The position numbers and the translations under genes were made by a program. DNA of 51,492 nt from a virus (lineage: Duplodnaviria > Caudoviricetes), in IMG/VR virus record IMGVR_UViG_3300037851_000466, positions 1 through 51,492 of that record. The stretch is one strand, 5' to 3'. Shown one piece after another: positions 17,101 to 27,137 of this stretch. Numbering within the stretch: position 1 is the stretch's first letter; each line of letters begins with the position of its first letter. The notes beneath the pieces are model-generated. The model was not told where the DNA came from, did not search any database, and worked only from the letters and a program-made list of their open reading frames with translations.

Positions 17101-17103
17101 TTA

Positions 17104-17112
17104 TGCTATAAT
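17104..17112 (+). promoter_or_regulatory. Extended -10 promoter for scaffold-capsid genes
   Basis: TGCTATAAT in the intergenic gap. Confidence 0.6.
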
Positions 17113-17185
17113 GGCCGCCATTGCACCGCCCCCCAGACGACCTGAGGGGACAATACTGGGACAACCCCAGAGAAAGTGAAAAGCC

Positions 17186-17959
17186 ATGTCAGACGACCTG
17201 CGGGCGAACGAAGAGCAGTCACTTCCCAACGAGCCAACCTCGACGGAAGAACTCACGAACCTTCAGAAGAAGTACGGCAACGATTGGAGGAAAGCCGAAG
17301 AGGGCTACTTCAATGCCGTGAATCTCATCAAGGAACTGAGGGACAAGCTGGAAGATTCCACACGGAGAATGGACGAGCAGCAGAATCAGATGGTTCAGCT
17401 TGCGGACGTCCTTGCGGGCAACCGACAGTCGCCTTCCGCCAACCGGAACGCGCGGTCAGCAGTGGATGCCCTTGCACAGACTCTCGTCGTGGACAAGAAC
17501 CTCTTTGAGCAGGCGATGAATGAAGCCGCCGAGAAGATGTTCGATGCCAAGCTGGGTCCGATGGCTGCCTCGTATAAAGCTGATGAACAAATGACCCAGA
17601 GCTATGGGGACAAGTGGGTCCAGAATAGAACCAATGTCCTCAAGTTCATCAACGAAAAGCCTGAGTATAAGGCAATTTACGAACGCGAAGTGCAAAACGG
17701 TAATCCCCTCATTGCTCAGGAATGGGCGCTGTTGAAGTGGCAGAATGAGGAAGCTCCCTTGAAGCCCAACAACACCATCGCGCAGGCGAAGATTGATGCC
17801 AGCGTGGGTGGCGGGACCAAGGTGGTAACGTCCGCGGATGAAGACCTCGCAACAGAGTATAACAAGCTGCGTGCTGAGGCCGAAATCACGAAGGACAATA
17901 CCAAGCTCATCACATTCGTCATGAGGAATGTTGGGGGGCTGAAGCACCTAGCGAAATAA
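17186..17959 (+). CDS. Capsid scaffolding protein
   Basis: Acidic coiled-coil protein immediately upstream of the capsid gene. Confidence 0.75.
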   Translation: MSDDLRANEEQSLPNEPTSTEELTNLQKKYGNDWRKAEEGYFNAVNLIKELRDKLEDSTRRMDEQQNQMVQLADVLAGNRQSPSANRNARSAVDALAQTLVVDKNLFEQAMNEAAEKMFDAKLGPMAASYKADEQMTQSYGDKWVQNRTNVLKFINEKPEYKAIYEREVQNGNPLIAQEWALLKWQNEEAPLKPNNTIAQAKIDASVGGGTKVVTSADEDLATEYNKLRAEAEITKDNTKLITFVMRNVGGLKHLAK

Positions 17960-17968
17960 GGAGTAGAC

Positions 17969-19135
17969 ATGGCGTCACCAACCACATATATTGGTACTTT
18001 CGGTCTGCCGACAGGCGGATTTACCGCGAGTGCCATGAAGGAAATGGTCCTATCGGACCTCGTGAACATTGACTGGACTGAAACTCCGCTCCAGTCCATG
18101 CTCGCTAAGACACCCATCGGTAACGTCGAGCCGCAGTGGCTCATCGACACCCACTACACCCCCAACATCTTCCCGAACTCGATTGCTGCATGGAACACCA
18201 CGGGGCTATCCGCTACCGCCAATGCTTCCAGCATCAACACTTGGGAAGAGAACTTCCACACCTCCGCCGTTCTTGCGGTCGATTCGCAGAGCCCGCGCGT
18301 GCGTAACTACACGCAGCTAATCTCTCGCGGATGGACCGTCAGCAAGAGCGCGCAAAAGGTTAGCCAGAATGGCTATGCTCTCGGTCGCCCCGACGAGTAT
18401 GCCTTCCTTGCGGGCAAGGCCCTCATCGCTTGCAACAAGGACCTAGAGGCCATCATGATTCGTACCCACTTCCCGTCGGGTCAGTCTGCAACTGGCGCTG
18501 CGGATAGGGTCATGAAGGGTCTTCTGGGTGGCTTCCACGCAACTGCCAGCAACCAAGACACTGCCATTAGCTATGTGACTGGTGGTGTGACGGCTGGTGC
18601 GACTGCAACCGCTCTGGGTGGTTTCTCCACTGCCGACTTCCTGTCCGTTCAGGGCAGGATGTGGGCGGCTGGCGCGAAGCCCGACACCGCTGTCATGCCA
18701 ATGAGCGTCAAGGCGAACGCCGCGAGCGTCCTCCTTGGCTCGGCTGGCGGGCCGGGGCGCGTGCAGTACAACACCAGCAACATGAATGCTTGGGAACTTA
18801 TGGTCGATATCGTTCGTACCGACTATGGTACCTGTATGCTGATTCCCAACATCTACATGAGCGCTGCTGTTTCCACCACTGCTGCAACCGACAACTGGAG
18901 TCTGGCGGGCTTCAACCCGACCGGCACCACCGTCGGCTTCAATGCCTACCACGCGGCATTCCGTGGCTACTTCATCCTTGAGAAGGCCAAGATTCAGATT
19001 GGCGTGTTCCGTCCGTTCGAGACTACCGAGCTGCCTGAGCTTTACAACGGCCGTTCCGGCTATATCGACGGCGAGTTCTCGCTGATTGTGCGTCATCCTT
19101 CTGCGATTGGATACGTCCACGGCGTCACTGCCTAA
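17969..19135 (+). CDS. Major capsid protein (DUF5309/SU10-like)
   Basis: ETPLQSM, PQWLID, VRNYTQLISRGWTVSKS, KDLEAIM, GEFSL; AAGGAG RBS; strongly biased codons. Confidence 0.88.
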   Translation: MASPTTYIGTFGLPTGGFTASAMKEMVLSDLVNIDWTETPLQSMLAKTPIGNVEPQWLIDTHYTPNIFPNSIAAWNTTGLSATANASSINTWEENFHTSAVLAVDSQSPRVRNYTQLISRGWTVSKSAQKVSQNGYALGRPDEYAFLAGKALIACNKDLEAIMIRTHFPSGQSATGAADRVMKGLLGGFHATASNQDTAISYVTGGVTAGATATALGGFSTADFLSVQGRMWAAGAKPDTAVMPMSVKANAASVLLGSAGGPGRVQYNTSNMNAWELMVDIVRTDYGTCMLIPNIYMSAAVSTTAATDNWSLAGFNPTGTTVGFNAYHAAFRGYFILEKAKIQIGVFRPFETTELPELYNGRSGYIDGEFSLIVRHPSAIGYVHGVTA

Positions 19136-19141
19136 ACCAGA

Positions 19142-19173
19142 TGAGGGGGTAGGTATATATACCTACCCCCTCA
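19142..19173 (+). terminator. Perfect 32-bp palindrome after the capsid gene (terminator or mRNA stabiliser)
   Basis: TGAGGGGGTAGGTATA|TATACCTACCCCCTCA; no U-tract. Confidence 0.6.
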
Positions 19174-19183
19174 CGAGGTTCCT

Positions 19184-19486
19184 ATGCAATACTTCACAAA
19201 GAACGGTTTCGTCGATGAAGTGACGGACATCACCCTTGCCAATGAGATTAATCCTCTTGTTGGCGAGCAGGCTCGTATGGTCAAGGATTGGCGCGACGAG
19301 CTATGGGCCAACGGACGACCGGGCATCAACGGCCGGTATGTTGGAACCGAGAATGGGACAGTCGTTGGGAAGGTTCCTTATTGGATGGCTATGATTCTGT
19401 CCAACGACCCCGATATCGCAATGGACCCCCATGGGGTCGAGAAGTGGTTGGCGAAGCATCCCGAATGGAAAGTTGGTCAATCTTAG
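19184..19486 (+). CDS. Hypothetical protein downstream of the capsid gene
   Basis: GAGG RBS; VGKVP...KWLAKHPEW. Confidence 0.75.
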   Translation: MQYFTKNGFVDEVTDITLANEINPLVGEQARMVKDWRDELWANGRPGINGRYVGTENGTVVGKVPYWMAMILSNDPDIAMDPHGVEKWLAKHPEWKVGQS

Positions 19487-19495
19487 GAGGCGACG

Positions 19496-20833
19496 ATGGA
19501 CCAGAAGCTGCGTATTGCAACACTGCTACCCCCAAAGCCTACTGCCCAGCAATATTATCGCCAGTCGCTCCCTCTGGGAGCCATTTCCGCTTTAGGTGGT
19601 GCCGAGACTGAAGCCGTGACGGTTATGGACCAGCAGGGCAACCTGAAGATGGAGACTGCCGATATCGTGTTGTTCTGGCAGTTCATTGCGGACCACACTC
19701 TCCGCATGTTGAACATTACGCAGCAGGGTCCTCATCGTCCCCCAGAGGAAATCGCAGGCATCCTCGCTCAAGCGAAATCCCCATGGCCGTGGAAGGGCCC
19801 CGCCCCAGACGGGCCAACCGCGCCGCCTTCTATCGTCATTGATATCGACGATAATCTCTTTGACGTTGAGCCGAGCAATCCGGCGTTCGCCCAGTTTGGT
19901 GTGCGGTTGGGGAAGAGGGCGCTGGTCCCCGGCGAAACCATCATGGGTAAGGATGCAGATGGGAATCTGCATCAGGCGTGGGTGGATGGGAAGAATGGTT
20001 TCGATATTGCGCGGAACCGGAACACCATCAATGTGTGGCGGGAGATGTTGCGCGCGGCCGAACTAGTAACCGTCACAACGGAGCGGCTGAAGCAGCGCAT
20101 GCTGAAGGAAGCGCCCGATGCGAACATCTTCGTGTTCCCGAACACGGCGAATAAGTATGACTATCTGCCGTGGATTGACGCGCATTACTTCCCGCACGGC
20201 AAGGTCCGCATCCTGCTTCAGGGTGGAAGTACACACCTCCATCATGTGGACAATTATCGGGGGAGTATCCAAAAGCTGGTGAAGAAGTATCCCAATAGCG
20301 AGTGGTACTTCTTTGGTGGAACGAACCCCTCATGGATTTACAGCCTGCCAAACAATCAGGCGAAGTTCATTGACTGGGTTGAGTATCCAGCCTACAAGGC
20401 CACCCTATCGGCCATCCAGCATGATATCAATGTCTGCTTCCTGCCGGATAACCCGTTCAACCAGTGCCGTTCCGCCATCAAGTTCTACGAGGGCAGCATC
20501 ATCAAGAAGCCAGCCGCGACCATCGCTGAACGGACGGGGCCCTTCCTTGACGAGATTCAGGACGGAACAACTGGCATGCTCTTTGATGGGCCAGAAGAGT
20601 TTGAAGTGAAGATGTCCAAGCTCATCGAGGAAGAGGAGCTTCGGCGCAATATTGCTGCCAACGCGCAACAGTGGGTGCTGGCAAACCGCGAGTTTAAGTT
20701 CTGGACGGAGCGGCTGCTAGAGGAATACAAGCGTACTCGCGAGAAGAGGTTCAAGAATGAGATACCCAAGTCAACTGACGTACTTCCAAGCAGCGGACCG
20801 AGCCCTGTGGAATCTGGGGCTGACGTCGGCTGA
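19496..20833 (+). CDS. GT-B fold glycosyltransferase (GT4-like)
   Basis: QYYRQSLP, IVIDIDDNLF, VTVTTERL, GGSTH, NPFNQCRSAIKFYEG, DGTTGML. Confidence 0.85.
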   Translation: MDQKLRIATLLPPKPTAQQYYRQSLPLGAISALGGAETEAVTVMDQQGNLKMETADIVLFWQFIADHTLRMLNITQQGPHRPPEEIAGILAQAKSPWPWKGPAPDGPTAPPSIVIDIDDNLFDVEPSNPAFAQFGVRLGKRALVPGETIMGKDADGNLHQAWVDGKNGFDIARNRNTINVWREMLRAAELVTVTTERLKQRMLKEAPDANIFVFPNTANKYDYLPWIDAHYFPHGKVRILLQGGSTHLHHVDNYRGSIQKLVKKYPNSEWYFFGGTNPSWIYSLPNNQAKFIDWVEYPAYKATLSAIQHDINVCFLPDNPFNQCRSAIKFYEGSIIKKPAATIAERTGPFLDEIQDGTTGMLFDGPEEFEVKMSKLIEEEELRRNIAANAQQWVLANREFKFWTERLLEEYKRTREKRFKNEIPKSTDVLPSSGPSPVESGADVG

Positions 20834-21740
20834 TTCCATCATGGTGGGACGAGCGACCGCCGCAATTCAGGCGGCGCTCCAGCACTGGAATAACGCGGCG
20901 TGGTGGGAGTATTTGCTAACCTCGCATGTCTGCTCTGCCAGTGCAGGATACGCCTTTCAGATGCCGGGGTACGACCGTCCCCAGACGTTTGAGGCAGCGT
21001 TTCCCAGCCCGAGTGCGAGTATCCCTCCGCGTTCAACCGCACTAGCGGATTCAACCGCTGCCCAAAGTGCGGCAACTGCAAATTGGTGGGGCGGCCCAAC
21101 CGGCGTCGAGTATCGCTATCACGTCCCACAGAAGCATGTTCGCGCTATCTACAATATGCGCGACCTTACTCAACCACGAACGCTCTATTTCATCAATAAA
21201 CTACGCCTTGACCGCGCGCATCTTGACCATACATGGGACGTCGGCGAAGCAGGCGATACACCGGCTATGGATAGCCCTGTCTGGTGGGAGTGGACCTTGG
21301 CAGGGGGCGGTCAGTTTCGCACGATTCCCGTGCAAAGCCAAACAACTGAAATTCTTGTCCGGTACTTTCGCCATATGGAATTATATCCATTCCAAACCTA
21401 CTATCTAGCGTGGTATCCTACCGCGGGCACTATCAGCACAGTTGTTTCTTCGACTGGTAATCTAGCATCTGCGGATGCGACCATTGATATCCCCATCATG
21501 TATGAGGACTACATCGTTGCTAAGGCAGCAAGCCGCCTTCTAACCATGCATACAGATAAGAAGGAATTGGCGGACGACCTCAAGGCATATCATGATGAAG
21601 GGCTGATGCTGGCGATGCAGGATAATGGTAAGCACAAGCTGGATGAGGATGTCGTCATTGTGCCGAACAATGAGGACCCGAATCCAATGCCCCTGTCCTA
21701 TGAGAACCTAACGCGGTATCAAGTGGACGCTCTTCGATGA
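20757..21740 (+). CDS. Putative head-tail adaptor (tail tubular protein A-like)
   Basis: Position; WWEYL and DIPIMYEDYIVAKA patterns typical of podovirus adaptors. Confidence 0.65.
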   Translation: MRYPSQLTYFQAADRALWNLGLTSADSIMVGRATAAIQAALQHWNNAAWWEYLLTSHVCSASAGYAFQMPGYDRPQTFEAAFPSPSASIPPRSTALADSTAAQSAATANWWGGPTGVEYRYHVPQKHVRAIYNMRDLTQPRTLYFINKLRLDRAHLDHTWDVGEAGDTPAMDSPVWWEWTLAGGGQFRTIPVQSQTTEILVRYFRHMELYPFQTYYLAWYPTAGTISTVVSSTGNLASADATIDIPIMYEDYIVAKAASRLLTMHTDKKELADDLKAYHDEGLMLAMQDNGKHKLDEDVVIVPNNEDPNPMPLSYENLTRYQVDALR

Positions 21741-24571
21741 ACTATTACATCGAGCCCCTGCATAATGGGTTGGTGAACGCGAAGCATCCCCTTCTTCTTC
21801 AGGAAGGGGAGCTTCAAGCTGCCGCAGGACTCATCTATCTTCCCAACTCATTTGCGCCCGCTATCGCGCCCCTCATCAGCGCAACCATTGTCACCACATC
21901 AACGGCGCTGACGGCGGCGGTTGGTTCGTCTCCCACCATGCGCCTGACGGGTGCAGCGCAAGCCGCGTTGGAGCCGCCCTTTGGGCAGAATGCCAGTGCC
22001 TATAATTATGTTATTGTCCTTCAGAACCATGCACAAGTGACCAGCACGGCGACGGCGGGCAACGCCTTACTGCAACCTACATACTGCTACTTCCTACTTG
22101 ACCGGCTATCGGCGCTGACCGCCACCGCCCAGACGACACCATGCCTAGGGGATATCCATAGCGTTTCTTCGGTTGCTGCCGGAAGCCAGACCATTACATC
22201 GCAGGGCATTGGTGCGGTTCCACTTGACACAAAAGCAGTTGTGTACGACGGACTTTCCACAAATCGCATCTTCCGCCGAGACGGATTCATGCGTGCCCAC
22301 GGGATGGAGCCCGTTTCCATTGCTCCATCTGCGATTACCACTGTGGGGGTGGCGAACGTCACTGCAACCGGCGTCTATGATTATTGGTTCGTTCCCATCT
22401 ACCGCTCCAGTGGCGCGTATGCTTCTGCGAATGTGTCGGATTTCGTCGAGGGTGCGTATGCCGCAGCGAATCCTGCGACAGCGAACATTACAGCTACCGC
22501 CACACAAGCAGTCAAGCTGACTATTAAGCGGGACTCCATCCCCGGTACAGCTACCCATCTTAAGGTCTATCGTTCGGAAACGCCCCGAGAAGACCTGCGC
22601 GTGCCCGTCTTTCCAGACGGCGTTGCTATCAGCGAATTTGAAATTGGTGAGACAGTCGAGATTGACACAACGACTATCCCCGGGCCGCCTGCCGACATTG
22701 AATTCATCGACCAAGTAGTGACATCAACGGCTGAGTTCTATGCGACAACGGGCACCATTCTTCAACGCACCGTTGGATTCGGTTCCTACACGGGTGCAAT
22801 CACCGCGGTCACCGGCGCGGGAACCGCTTCCTACATTGATATCGTCAACCCCATCCTCGCGCCCGCCCCCAACCGCCGCCACTATATTGCGACCATTCTT
22901 CTGAAGGAGTTTCCAACAGCTACTGGGTTCATCAATGGTTGGAACGTCCACATCACTGCCTCCACTCCCACAGCAGTCGGGGGTAACTGGGTAGAGTTCA
23001 TGGCGTGGGCGGGATACGCAAACAATACGGACCCAACCGGGCGTACCTTTGATATGGAAGCGTACGGGTGGCCCCGGAACGGTATGGACGCACTTGAAGT
23101 ATCTCAACGGGCTTTCTACGATAGAACTATCCCTTACGCCGTCAAAAGTGGATTCCTTCAGACAGCGACCGCCGAATTCATTATTGGAGAGGGTTATTGG
23201 CCCAATCTTCTAATACCGACACAAGCCGGTTCTCCTAATGCTGGAAAATACTCTACTTGGGACAGAACCCGGATGTCAAGTTATGGATTCACTATTGGCA
23301 TTGACGTTGGCATCAATCAAGCACAGACTCTCAGAATCCATGACATCAAGATTGTTGCGAAGACAGGAACAACCCCCGACATCATTGCGTCGAAAGAACT
23401 TTATTATCCATACATTGAAGTTGGGGACCCGAACAACGATGCGGCAACAGTTACGGCTGCACGAGACTTCCCTCCACCTGTCGCAAAGCTAGCATTGCTC
23501 TACAAGGATAGGTTACTCATCGTTCCGAAAGACAATCCTAACGTTATCCGCTATTCTCCTGTTGGCTATCACGAGTCCTTCCCTGAGCTATACTACATCC
23601 CTATTCGTTCGGAGCATGTCGATGGAATCCGCGGGCTGGAAGAGGTCAATGGAAAGGTTATCTTCGTTACTGACTCCGCCGGATGGCGACTGGAGTATCT
23701 GCCAACGGAGAACGATGCAACGTTCGACCGGGAGAATGCCGCCACACTGATTTCAACCCGGCTGGGGGCGCTCGATTATCGCAGCGTCTGCCGCTATGCC
23801 ACGCCGGATGGGAAGCAAGAGGTCGCGGTGGCGAACCTGAATGCCATCTATTCGACGGACGGCTACAGCGTGACGAACCTCACGCCCGACCTTTCCTTTG
23901 GTAGCTATACGCCTAAGCTACTGCGGGACGACCCCGACACTCAATGCCTCGTCCTCATCATGACGAATGGGGCCATGTTCTATGGCTCATACGCTCCCGG
24001 GCATCGCCGCCCCGGAGGCGGGTTGAAGTGGACCGGACCTATTCGGGCCATCCCTGACCAGTCCTATACGGCGGGTTTGATTCAGGACGTTACTAACGTT
24101 CGGCATACGAACGGGCAAACTCGTATGCTCATCACGCCCGTCCATAGCGCGGCAACGGCCCACGATGGGTACGCGCTCTATATCACTGACTATACTCAGG
24201 CGGCCTATAGAAATGCGACGGCTACCCGCCCGACTTCGGAAATCAACGCTATCACCCGCCCACTCGCGTTGGGCGGTGAGGACGATTCTTTCCGACTGGA
24301 ATCCTTTGGGGTGCTTGGCGACACAAGGGGGACAGGCGTGAATGTGTCAGCGTTCCCAAGTGAGATTAATCGCTATCTATCGGAGGTCCTCACGGCAACC
24401 ATTCCATCACCGACGGGCTCGTATGTGTATGATGTTAAGGGAACGATGCTAGGACACGCGCATAGAATGACCTTCAGCGTCAATCCTGATAGCGCTCCGA
24501 CGTATAGTTGGCGGCCGGTTGGATTCAAGATTGGGCATACGCCACTGGGAACGGATAAGGGCAAGCTATGA
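21737..24571 (+). CDS. Putative tail nozzle/hub (tail tubular protein B-like)
   Basis: 944 aa, beta-rich; GLVNAKHP N-terminus; YKDRL...IRYS..G..ESFP propeller motif. Confidence 0.7.
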   Translation: MNYYIEPLHNGLVNAKHPLLLQEGELQAAAGLIYLPNSFAPAIAPLISATIVTTSTALTAAVGSSPTMRLTGAAQAALEPPFGQNASAYNYVIVLQNHAQVTSTATAGNALLQPTYCYFLLDRLSALTATAQTTPCLGDIHSVSSVAAGSQTITSQGIGAVPLDTKAVVYDGLSTNRIFRRDGFMRAHGMEPVSIAPSAITTVGVANVTATGVYDYWFVPIYRSSGAYASANVSDFVEGAYAAANPATANITATATQAVKLTIKRDSIPGTATHLKVYRSETPREDLRVPVFPDGVAISEFEIGETVEIDTTTIPGPPADIEFIDQVVTSTAEFYATTGTILQRTVGFGSYTGAITAVTGAGTASYIDIVNPILAPAPNRRHYIATILLKEFPTATGFINGWNVHITASTPTAVGGNWVEFMAWAGYANNTDPTGRTFDMEAYGWPRNGMDALEVSQRAFYDRTIPYAVKSGFLQTATAEFIIGEGYWPNLLIPTQAGSPNAGKYSTWDRTRMSSYGFTIGIDVGINQAQTLRIHDIKIVAKTGTTPDIIASKELYYPYIEVGDPNNDAATVTAARDFPPPVAKLALLYKDRLLIVPKDNPNVIRYSPVGYHESFPELYYIPIRSEHVDGIRGLEEVNGKVIFVTDSAGWRLEYLPTENDATFDRENAATLISTRLGALDYRSVCRYATPDGKQEVAVANLNAIYSTDGYSVTNLTPDLSFGSYTPKLLRDDPDTQCLVLIMTNGAMFYGSYAPGHRRPGGGLKWTGPIRAIPDQSYTAGLIQDVTNVRHTNGQTRMLITPVHSAATAHDGYALYITDYTQAAYRNATATRPTSEINAITRPLALGGEDDSFRLESFGVLGDTRGTGVNVSAFPSEINRYLSEVLTATIPSPTGSYVYDVKGTMLGHAHRMTFSVNPDSAPTYSWRPVGFKIGHTPLGTDKGKL

Positions 24572-25581
24572 AAGCCTTCCATCGCTCTCTCCCCTCAACG
24601 CTAGGGGCGCAGTCAAATAACAAGGACGTCCATGTCCTTGCGAATTCCGTGCGTGCAATTGAGAACTACCTTCTCGATTTGCAAAAGAGCATCAAGGCCC
24701 TATCGGAGAACAAGACACCTGATGGCTCACAGACACCTGTTGTTGAGGAACCCGATACAACAGGAACGGGCACTACGGACCATGGCGCATTAACGGGCCT
24801 ATCGGACGATGACCATGCTCAATATCTTTTGCTGGCTGGGCGGGGCAGCGGACAAGTCATTGCTAATCCTAGCTCGATTGAACCAACGTTGGAAATCAAG
24901 AGGTACAGCAACGCCGGAGGCGACATCTTCCAATGGCAGAAGGAGGACGGCACCGAGCTGGGCCACATCGACAACCTCGGATGCATCAACGTGGAGCTTG
25001 GAGTCAACTCCACGACGCCCTTGGTAACTCTCACGCAGGGTCCGACTGGGGGCGTGCTTGACCCCAACGTGAGCCTTCTGTTGGACACTGGAACAGCCGT
25101 AACGACCTTCGACCGCGCAGCGCTGGAAGTCAGGGCGGGCCCGTCTGGCGGCTATCGTGTAGCTCACATCAACTATAAAGGGCAGTTCCATTCGGACGGG
25201 AAGTACGACAACACGGGCGTGTCGATTGGCGCGCCTTACGATGACCCCACCTATGATGAGAACGCGCTGCTCATCGAGGGCTTCAGTCGGTCAGTCATCT
25301 TGAATATGCAGGCTATCACTAGTGGGCAACAGCGCATTGTCACGTTCCCGGATAAGGATGGAACGGTGGCGATGTTGGATGACATCCCTGCCATTCCCAG
25401 CAGCTATGCAACAGTTCAAGACGAAGGTACGTCCGTCACGCAACGCGCTACAGTTGATTTTGTCGGAGATGGGGTAAGTGTGGCGGATGATAGTATCAAC
25501 CTAAAAACGATTGTGACGATTAACGCAGGTAGTGGAAGTGGCATTTCAATGGCCGCTTCTATGGGTGCAGGAGCCTATTAA
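24568..25581 (+). CDS. Tail fiber-related protein
   Basis: DHGALTGLSDDDHAQYLL, TFPDKDGTVAMLDDI, VQDEG...VDFVGDGV motifs common in phage fibers. Confidence 0.7.
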   Translation: MKAFHRSLPSTLGAQSNNKDVHVLANSVRAIENYLLDLQKSIKALSENKTPDGSQTPVVEEPDTTGTGTTDHGALTGLSDDDHAQYLLLAGRGSGQVIANPSSIEPTLEIKRYSNAGGDIFQWQKEDGTELGHIDNLGCINVELGVNSTTPLVTLTQGPTGGVLDPNVSLLLDTGTAVTTFDRAALEVRAGPSGGYRVAHINYKGQFHSDGKYDNTGVSIGAPYDDPTYDENALLIEGFSRSVILNMQAITSGQQRIVTFPDKDGTVAMLDDIPAIPSSYATVQDEGTSVTQRATVDFVGDGVSVADDSINLKTIVTINAGSGSGISMAASMGAGAY

Positions 25582-26576
25582 TGCTAGTCATTCCTTCAAC
25601 AGCGGCACAAATCCGCATCGCCTTGAGTGCCGCTCCCGCAGCCAATCAGCCTATCATCTACACCACATGGGCGGATGTGGACCCTGACGGCAGCCCGGCA
25701 GTCTTCCTGCCCGGGGCAACCGCCCTATCGGCTAACGGAACGGCCGATGTGACTGCTATTGGTGGGGCGGGCAGCACCGCGCAGCAGCGCATCGTGAAGT
25801 ATGTCAATATCAACAATGTCGATACCGGCAGTGTCGAAGTCAACGTGAAGTATTATGATGGAAGCAATGCTTGGACCCTTCGGAAGTTCACACTGGCGGC
25901 AGGGGACCAAGCCATCTTCTCTGAGAGCGCATGGCAGACCATGGATAGTAGCGGGAACCAGAAGGTCTTCATGGGCAAGTCCATCATCCCAGAGATGCAA
26001 ACACTCCGTCCACCCTATGGCGCAGGGGGCCTAACATCGGAACACTACGCGGGGTTCATGTCGCCCTCGACCTATGCGAACCATGTCCCAACATTGGGTG
26101 TCATCCGTGCCTATCCGTTTTTCGCGCCCGCCCGAACAGCGCCTACACTCATCTACGCTGCGTTTAACTGCATCACGGCAGGAACAACGGCAGCGTCCGC
26201 CCGCATTGGAATCTATAAGTCATACTCTGCTGAAAACATCATGCCTAGCACGCTGGTCATGGATTCAGGTGATATCTCCTTGAGTACGACCGGCGTGAAA
26301 GCTGCTGTCCCAGACCCGGCTCCTGTGCTAGAATCGGGCCGTCTATATTGGGCATGTATCCTTAATGGTGGGGCAAGTGCGACAGCCCGTGGGTTCAACG
26401 CCTTCACTGACTTCGGCACCAGCCCACTGGGCTACATCACAGGTATCGCGGGCAACGTTCCTTATCGACTTGTTACCGCGACCTATGCTTATGCGGCTTA
26501 TCCAACAGCGTTTCCGGCAGGCGGACCATCCACCGCAACTGCGAACAATCTTATCGCAATGGCTTTAAGGTTCTAG
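25581..26576 (+). CDS. Putative tail fiber/spike-associated protein
   Basis: Beta-rich, ARIGIY...LESGRLYW; located in the tail module. Confidence 0.6.
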   Translation: MLVIPSTAAQIRIALSAAPAANQPIIYTTWADVDPDGSPAVFLPGATALSANGTADVTAIGGAGSTAQQRIVKYVNINNVDTGSVEVNVKYYDGSNAWTLRKFTLAAGDQAIFSESAWQTMDSSGNQKVFMGKSIIPEMQTLRPPYGAGGLTSEHYAGFMSPSTYANHVPTLGVIRAYPFFAPARTAPTLIYAAFNCITAGTTAASARIGIYKSYSAENIMPSTLVMDSGDISLSTTGVKAAVPDPAPVLESGRLYWACILNGGASATARGFNAFTDFGTSPLGYITGIAGNVPYRLVTATYAYAAYPTAFPAGGPSTATANNLIAMALRF

Positions 26577-26591
26577 AGAAAGAGGTTCCCC

Positions 26592-27128
26592 ATGGCAGCA
26601 ATCCCGGTCCCATTCAATCCACTATCGCTTCTGGGCCTAGCCCCGAGCGTCCTGTCCTTCCTTGCGAGCAAGAACGCGCCCGACTATAGCCGCATGGCTA
26701 GAGGCGCGATGGACGACATAACGAGCTATGCGACCCCCCAACAGTGGAACAGCATCTATAACAACCAGCGGATGCAGGCACAGAGTTCCCCCTTCTTCCG
26801 CCATATCATCAACAACGCCATTCGTGAGGCGATGCGGAAAGCCCAGCTTGCCCGGCAAACCGTTGGCGCGGGCTCAGGCATTGGCGACATCACGAGCATT
26901 GGTGGGCGAGCGAATGTCATGCCAGCCTATGGGATGGCGGAGAAGGTATCGCAGGATAACACTGGCAACATCTTTGGCGCAGGCATCGCCACCCGCCGGG
27001 CGAAGCTGGAGGGCCTGCTCTCCATGCTACAGGGGCCCGGCAGCCGCCAGAATTTCATTGGGGCTGGCTTGCAGAACTTCGGTGGGTTCTTCGACTACCT
27101 AGCGAAGAACTACGCCCCCGTGAAGTAG
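26592..27128 (+). CDS. Putative internal virion (ejection) protein
   Basis: Gly/Ala/Gln-rich; first of three genes of increasing size after the tail genes. Confidence 0.55.
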   Translation: MAAIPVPFNPLSLLGLAPSVLSFLASKNAPDYSRMARGAMDDITSYATPQQWNSIYNNQRMQAQSSPFFRHIINNAIREAMRKAQLARQTVGAGSGIGDITSIGGRANVMPAYGMAEKVSQDNTGNIFGAGIATRRAKLEGLLSMLQGPGSRQNFIGAGLQNFGGFFDYLAKNYAPVK

Positions 27129-27137
27129 GAGACAACA

